This document shows positions 59,548 through 64,000 of a DNA stretch of 64,000 nt, piece by piece (position 1 is the first letter of the stretch; each line of letters opens with the position of its first letter). The translations under genes were made by a program, and so were the position numbers. This DNA comes from Planctomycetota bacterium. GTDB lineage: Bacteria > Planctomycetota > UBA11346. The notes under the pieces were generated by a model, which saw nothing but the letters and a program-made list of their open reading frames with translations, searched no databases and was not told the DNA's origin. The DNA lies in assembly GCA_044338255.1 (NCBI GenBank), contig JBIILZ010000001.1, positions 15,769-79,768 of the forward strand, written 5' to 3'.

Positions 59548-60066
59548 GTGAATACGATCTCCCACATCTTGTGCTTCCATCTGCTGTGGCTGCTCGGCAG
59601 TACCTTGGTCGCCGCTTCTGTCGCCGCTTCTGTCAGCGCTGCCGAGAGCGGCGGCTACGGACCGCCGCCGTCCACGAGCACGGCCAAGGCCTCGCCGCGC
59701 GGGATGATCTTCGCGGTCGTTAACTCCACCATCGATGTCACCGATCTGAACCGCGAGCGGATGGTCGATCTGCTGACCGGACGGGTGACCTCGTTGGTCA
59801 ATGGCGGGCGCGTAACGCTGATCCTGGCGCAGAGCGAGGCCGGCGAGAAGGCGGTCTACCATTTGACGGAACGTGACACGGCGCGTCTGCTGCGCGGTTG
59901 GAAGCGCCTGGTGTTCGGAGGCAGCGGACGCAGCTTGCCGCTGGTGTGCGCGAGTGATGAGGAGGCGCTGAATCTGCTGCGTCGGACACCGGATGGACTC
60001 CTCCTGCTGTCCCGGGTGGATGAGACCGAGCTCCCGAGCGGATTGCAGGTGGTGGCATTACCATGA
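59548..60066 (+). CDS. small secreted periplasmic protein (possibly YfiR/DUF4154-like or solute-binding-like; uncertain)
   Basis: GTG start after the OMP1 stop; signal HLLWLLGSTLVAASVAASVSAAES; ~145-aa mature alpha/beta protein (…RVTLILAQSEAGEKAVYHL…LPLVCASDEEALNLLRRTPDGLLLL…). Confidence 0.5.
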   Translation: MNTISHILCFHLLWLLGSTLVAASVAASVSAAESGGYGPPPSTSTAKASPRGMIFAVVNSTIDVTDLNRERMVDLLTGRVTSLVNGGRVTLILAQSEAGEKAVYHLTERDTARLLRGWKRLVFGGSGRSLPLVCASDEEALNLLRRTPDGLLLLSRVDETELPSGLQVVALP

Positions 60067-61232
60067 ACAGCATCTTCATCCGCGGCCTGGGATCGTTGTG
60101 CATCGTGGCCCAGTTGCTTTCAGCAGCCGACTTCGACCTCACGCCAGAGGTGCATAGCTTCGTCAGCTTCGGTTATCTGCAGACCACCGAGAATGAATGG
60201 CTGGGCAGCTCGACCTCGGGCAGCAGCGACTTCTGGGAGGTCGCCGCCAATGTCGCACTCAACCCGGTGCCCACGGTGCGCGTCGCCGGACAGATCTTCG
60301 CCCGTGATTTCCAACGCTATGACAACGGCCGGGCGCAACTCGACTGGCTGTATGGAGAGTGGCATCCCAAGGATGTCTTCGGGCTCCAGCTCGGGCGGGT
60401 CAAGATTCCCGCGGGCTTGTTCAACGAGGTCCGTGATGTTGATGCCGCGCGGGCGACGATCATCTTGCCGACCAGCGTCTATGCCCTGCGCACGCGCGAT
60501 CTCTACAATGCGACCGATGGCGCCAAGGTCCTCGGCTATGGCCATCTGGGCCCTGCCGGGTCGATCGAATACTCGGCCTACGTGGGGAAGACCCAGCTTT
60601 CCCTTGATGGCGGTTTCGCTTCCTATCTCACCGATGCCGGGTTCGGCCAGATGAGCGAGATGGGGATCGATTATGTCTGGGGCGGCATGCTCCACTGGCA
60701 TACTCCGGTGAGCGGCTTGGGGACGCGTTTCACGACCAACGTGCTCAAGAATCTCACTGGCACCGGCACGCTTCCCAGTGGCGTGGTCTTGCATGCCAAA
60801 GCCGACACCTACTTGGGATTTACGCCCTCGGTCATCTATGAACAGGGGCCCATGACCCTGGTCACGGAAGCACTGTTCACGCGCGGGATGAATTCGGTGC
60901 AGGCTACCGATGCCAATGGTCTGCCCTTGGCGCCGCTGGTGGTGCAGAAGGATCACAGTTGCGGCGGCTATGTGTCGGGGTCGTGGCAATTCCCGATTGA
61001 TGTCGAGACCACCATTGCCGTCGAGCGTCTGTGGGACGACATCGATCGCCTGGATGTGCCCAACACCACGCGCTTCTCGCTGGCCGCGCGCTGGGGCATC
61101 ACCAACCACTGGTCAGTGAAGGCGGAGTATCAGCACATCATCGGCGCCGGTCTGGCCTTGCTGGCTGATAATCCCCAAGGCGTCGAGGACCATTGGGATC
61201 TCTTCGCCTTGAAGACGACCATCGATTTCTAA
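60063..61232 (+). CDS. outer-membrane beta-barrel protein (paralog 2)
   Basis: Same architecture and C-terminus (LKTTIDF) as paralog 1; 4-nt overlap with the upstream gene. Confidence 0.65.
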   Translation: MNSIFIRGLGSLCIVAQLLSAADFDLTPEVHSFVSFGYLQTTENEWLGSSTSGSSDFWEVAANVALNPVPTVRVAGQIFARDFQRYDNGRAQLDWLYGEWHPKDVFGLQLGRVKIPAGLFNEVRDVDAARATIILPTSVYALRTRDLYNATDGAKVLGYGHLGPAGSIEYSAYVGKTQLSLDGGFASYLTDAGFGQMSEMGIDYVWGGMLHWHTPVSGLGTRFTTNVLKNLTGTGTLPSGVVLHAKADTYLGFTPSVIYEQGPMTLVTEALFTRGMNSVQATDANGLPLAPLVVQKDHSCGGYVSGSWQFPIDVETTIAVERLWDDIDRLDVPNTTRFSLAARWGITNHWSVKAEYQHIIGAGLALLADNPQGVEDHWDLFALKTTIDF

Positions 61233-62014
61233 TCGTCTGCCAGCCCGCCTGCCAGTCCGTCTGCCAGCCCGTCTTGCAGGGCTTGTGAGCGCGGGCTGTC
61301 GGGCACCGGAGTCAGGTTGCGATCGACGGTACGCCGTTGGTCGAACACGAAGCACGTCCCGTCCCAAGTGCCGGCTTGGCCATTCTTCTCGGCGAAATAG
61401 CTGAGGATGCCGCCCTCCAGGTGATAGACGTTGGCGAAGCCCTTGGCGCGCAGCAAGGCGGTGGCCTTTTCGCAGCGGATGCCACCGGTGCAATACATGG
61501 CCACATGCTGATCGCGTTGCGGATCGAGATGCTGATCGACCCATTGCGGAAATTCGCTGAAGCTCGAGACCCGCGGATCGAGGGCCCCGGCGAAGCTGCC
61601 TTCGCAGACTTCGTAATCATTGCGGGTATCGACGACGACGACCTCGGGACGGGTGATGAGCGCATCCCAATCGCGCGGCGCGACGTAGGTGCCGGTATGT
61701 CCGGCAATCGGCAGCTCGGGAACACCCATGGTGACGATTTCGCGTTTGCACTTCACGCGCATATGCCCGAACGGCTGGGTATCGCAGAATGACATCTTAT
61801 AGGTCAGCCCGGCGAATCCCGGCAGGGTTTCGAGATAAGCCTGGAGGGCAACGACCGCCGCCGGACTGCCGGCAACAGTACCATTCAGGCCTTCACCCGC
61901 GATGAGGATAGTCCCCTGCAAGTCGGTCGTCAGGCAGAACGCGCGCAACGCCTCGCGCCACGCCAAAGGCTCAGGAATCACCGCGAAGCGGTAGAAAGCA
62001 GCAACCTGGATCAT
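61229..62014 (-). CDS. trhO: rhodanese-domain tRNA uridine(34) hydroxylase (TrhO/YceA, UPF0176 family)
   Basis: MIQVAAFYRF..., rhodanese domain with CTGGIRCEKA active-site loop, C-terminal GLADGLAGGLADD from a 12-nt tandem repeat. Start at MIQVAAFYRF rather than the track start 62173. Confidence 0.75.
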   Translation of the reverse strand: MIQVAAFYRFAVIPEPLAWREALRAFCLTTDLQGTILIAGEGLNGTVAGSPAAVVALQAYLETLPGFAGLTYKMSFCDTQPFGHMRVKCKREIVTMGVPELPIAGHTGTYVAPRDWDALITRPEVVVVDTRNDYEVCEGSFAGALDPRVSSFSEFPQWVDQHLDPQRDQHVAMYCTGGIRCEKATALLRAKGFANVYHLEGGILSYFAEKNGQAGTWDGTCFVFDQRRTVDRNLTPVPDSPRSQALQDGLADGLAGGLADD

Positions 62015-62115
62015 GCCCCAACTATCCGCGCCCAAGCCCCCATCCAAGGCCCGTTTCCAACACCTATAAACGGCCGCGATCCGCCAAGAAAACGAAGCGG
62101 TTCGTGCACATGCAA

Positions 62116-62262
62116 GGCGCCGCAGGCCAAACAAACGGCGCAGCCGCATCGAAAAAACTCTAAGATCCGCCACTGAAATCGTGACTGGTCGTGCCTACGC
62201 AGGTCGCCGCAGGCCAATCAAACGGCGCAGCCGCATCGAAAAAAACCTAAGATTCGCCGCAG
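62116..62262. repeat. two ~58-bp direct repeats (~90% identical) about 87 bp apart, upstream of trhO
   Basis: GGCGCCGCAGGCCAAACAAACGGCGCAGCCGCATCGAAAAAACTCTAAGATCCGCCAC (62116-62173) vs GGTCGCCGCAGGCCAATCAAACGGCGCAGCCGCATCGAAAAAAACCTAAGATTCGCCGC (62202-62260). Confidence 0.8.
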
Positions 62263-62282
62263 ATGCACGGCTAGCGTCGTTT

Positions 62283-63779
62283 TCAGTGGAGACGGCGCAT
62301 TTTGGTGGCACCGAACTTCATTTGGTTGGCTTCGACGACCTTGGCCTCGAGCGACTGGCGTTTCGCCGGATCCTTTTCGGCCTCGGCGAGTTTGCTCAGC
62401 AGCGGCACGGCTTGCGCCAAGACCTTGAGCGCTTCACCATACAGACGATCACGCTCGAGGCTGTTGCCCTTATCGATAGCATCCGAGCAGAACTTGGCGC
62501 CTTGCTCGTAGAGCGCGAGGGCCTTGGCTTCGTCGGGCTTGCCGGTGATGGTCGCCACCGTTGCAGGATCTTCGATTGCTGGCTCATCGGTGACGACCGG
62601 GGCACCGACCGTGGTGGCGCGGGCCTTGATCTCGGCCAAGCGCCGGGCTTCCTCTTCAGCCGCCTTGCGTTGGGTCTCCTTGGCTGCGGCCAGCAATTCT
62701 TCAGTTTTTCCATCGTAATACAGACGTGCCTGGCGGCCTTGTTCGGTATCCTTGTAGCGCCGCTCGATGATCGACATGTACGAGGCGGCCTGCATTTTGT
62801 TACCGCTCTTCAAATGCGAGATGAGGCTCGCATAGAGCGCACCGGCGCGATCTTCACGGACGGTGGTCGCTAGTTTCGCATCCAGCAGCAGGGCTTGGTG
62901 CAGGGCGTCGACGACCTGGGTATCGAGACGATGTTGGAAGGCGAAGCGACCGAGATCATACCAGGCCATGGGATCGCGGGCTTCCTCGCCGACCAGGGTC
63001 TTGCGGAAGGCTTCCAGCTGCTGCGCTTTGCTTTTGCGGTTGGCGACCTGATCGACGAGTTTGACTTCACCGAGGTTCTGATCGGACAATTCCGTAGCGA
63101 TGTAGCCCTTGTTGCCTTTGATCAGGAAATTGACTTTGCCGATCTTGCGCTGGGCTGCGATATAACCCAGCGGATCCTTGTCGACGGTGGGGGAATCCTT
63201 GTCGTTGCCGGTGATCGGTACGGCATAGGTGGGCTCGCGCCCACCGCTGAGCACCACCAGGCTGGGATGGGTATCATAGCCACGTGCCAGCTCATCGCGA
63301 TCGCCGAGCTTGGCGAACAACTGCTGCATCAAGGGGGCGATGGTGACGATATCGCGGGCCCGCTGCATCTGCGTTGGCGTACCGGTGAAATCCTGGGCGC
63401 GGCGGGCGTTGCTGATCGCGAGATCGAATTTGTAGATATGGTAGGCTTTTTCCGCCTCGGCCAGGAGCGGTGTGACTTTGCCATCGACCATCGCTGCGGC
63501 TGGGGCGCTGACGACCACCGGAGCGCTTATCGGTGCCGCCGCCACCGGCGTGGTGGGCGCGACCAGCTTGACCGTGGTGGTCAGGGCGGCTTCGTGATCT
63601 TTGGCTTCCAGGCTGGCCTGCATGACGCCGGGCAGCACCGGCTCAGCCCCTTCCTCGGTCGGTTTGGCCGGCGATCCGAACCAACCGCGAGGTGTCTGTG
63701 GAGCATATACGGTGACGCCGATCACCGTGCCGACGACACCGGCAAAGAGCAGATAACCGAAACCAATAGTACGGGCCAT
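62283..63779 (-). CDS. membrane-anchored hypothetical protein with long alpha-helical/charged C-terminal region
   Basis: N-terminal TM (IGFGYLLFAGVVGTVIGVTVY), Pro/Ala linker, then ~350 aa of mostly helical sequence with a KAAEEEARRLAEIKAR charged segment; 498 aa from MARTIGFGY. Confidence 0.55.
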   Translation of the reverse strand: MARTIGFGYLLFAGVVGTVIGVTVYAPQTPRGWFGSPAKPTEEGAEPVLPGVMQASLEAKDHEAALTTTVKLVAPTTPVAAAPISAPVVVSAPAAAMVDGKVTPLLAEAEKAYHIYKFDLAISNARRAQDFTGTPTQMQRARDIVTIAPLMQQLFAKLGDRDELARGYDTHPSLVVLSGGREPTYAVPITGNDKDSPTVDKDPLGYIAAQRKIGKVNFLIKGNKGYIATELSDQNLGEVKLVDQVANRKSKAQQLEAFRKTLVGEEARDPMAWYDLGRFAFQHRLDTQVVDALHQALLLDAKLATTVREDRAGALYASLISHLKSGNKMQAASYMSIIERRYKDTEQGRQARLYYDGKTEELLAAAKETQRKAAEEEARRLAEIKARATTVGAPVVTDEPAIEDPATVATITGKPDEAKALALYEQGAKFCSDAIDKGNSLERDRLYGEALKVLAQAVPLLSKLAEAEKDPAKRQSLEAKVVEANQMKFGATKMRRLH

Positions 63780-63851
63780 AGCAGGGCGCTCCAACGGGTG
63801 CTGAGCGCACAAGGATGGGCAAGGTTCATCGGCTTCAACTGCTTACGAACC

Positions 63852-64000
63852 GGATGAGTGATACCGACTGATCCCCCGCTGCCACAGATGATGGGCGAAG
63901 GCCAAGCTCGCCACCGCCACCAACGGCGTCAGCAAGCCCGGCAGCCACGGGGTGGGATGCTGACCGAGGAACAGGCTGGCGGGATAGAAGGCCACGAAGG
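63852..64000 (-). CDS. 3' end of a membrane-protein gene (C-terminal ~49 codons; gene starts beyond the window end)
   Basis: My minus-strand translation ends ...FVAFYPASLFLGQHPTPWLPGLLTPLVAVASLAFAHHLWQRGISRYHSSGS* with stop = rc of TTA at 63852-63854. Confidence 0.3.

Noticed and set aside
62015-62173. 53-codon N-terminal extension of trhO
   Set aside because: TrhO homologues begin at the ...AFYRF region; the extension is Arg/Leu-rich and overlaps the 58-bp direct repeat.

Overview
High-GC (~68-70%) chromosomal segment from a Gram-negative bacterium. LPS genes (LpxH-like, Kdo-kinase-like), an HtrA protease and a Planctomycete-type cytochrome c (PSCyt1) gene suggest a Planctomycetota-like lineage, but that is an inference. 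Most of the window is a housekeeping backbone: prfB, cdsA, guaB-guaA, dnaN, a CCA-type nucleotidyltransferase, ppdK, ligA, argG, a DHOase-like amidohydrolase, cmk, fabV, mobA and a copper P-type ATPase. Interspersed are accessory or unusual elements. (1) A nested palindromic MITE-like repeat family in three copies; one truncates a sulfatase/LtaS-family membrane gene and two donate the stop codons of adjacent genes. (2) An ~800-bp element next to a vapBC toxin-antitoxin pair: two inverted arrays of CTGGTCT heptamer repeats bracket a four-helix-bundle (23S rRNA IVS family) gene carrying a single nonsense codon. (3) A NatA/NatB-type ABC transporter whose permease is fused to a CPBP (CAAX/Abi) intramembrane protease. 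(4) Lys/Ala-rich histone-H1-like extensions on PPDK (C-terminus) and ArgG (N-terminus), plus an A/K/E-repeat lipoprotein. (5) An operon of a catalytically degenerate double-protease/PDZ protein, HtrA, MobA and a REC-PP2C phosphatase. (6) An operon of a hybrid sensor kinase, two paralogous outer-membrane barrels and a small periplasmic protein. (7) Many short in-frame tandem repeats inside genes, and several intergenic direct-repeat arrays. No rRNA, tRNA or CRISPR array was recognised. Long antisense ORFs in the six-frame track are high-GC artefacts.
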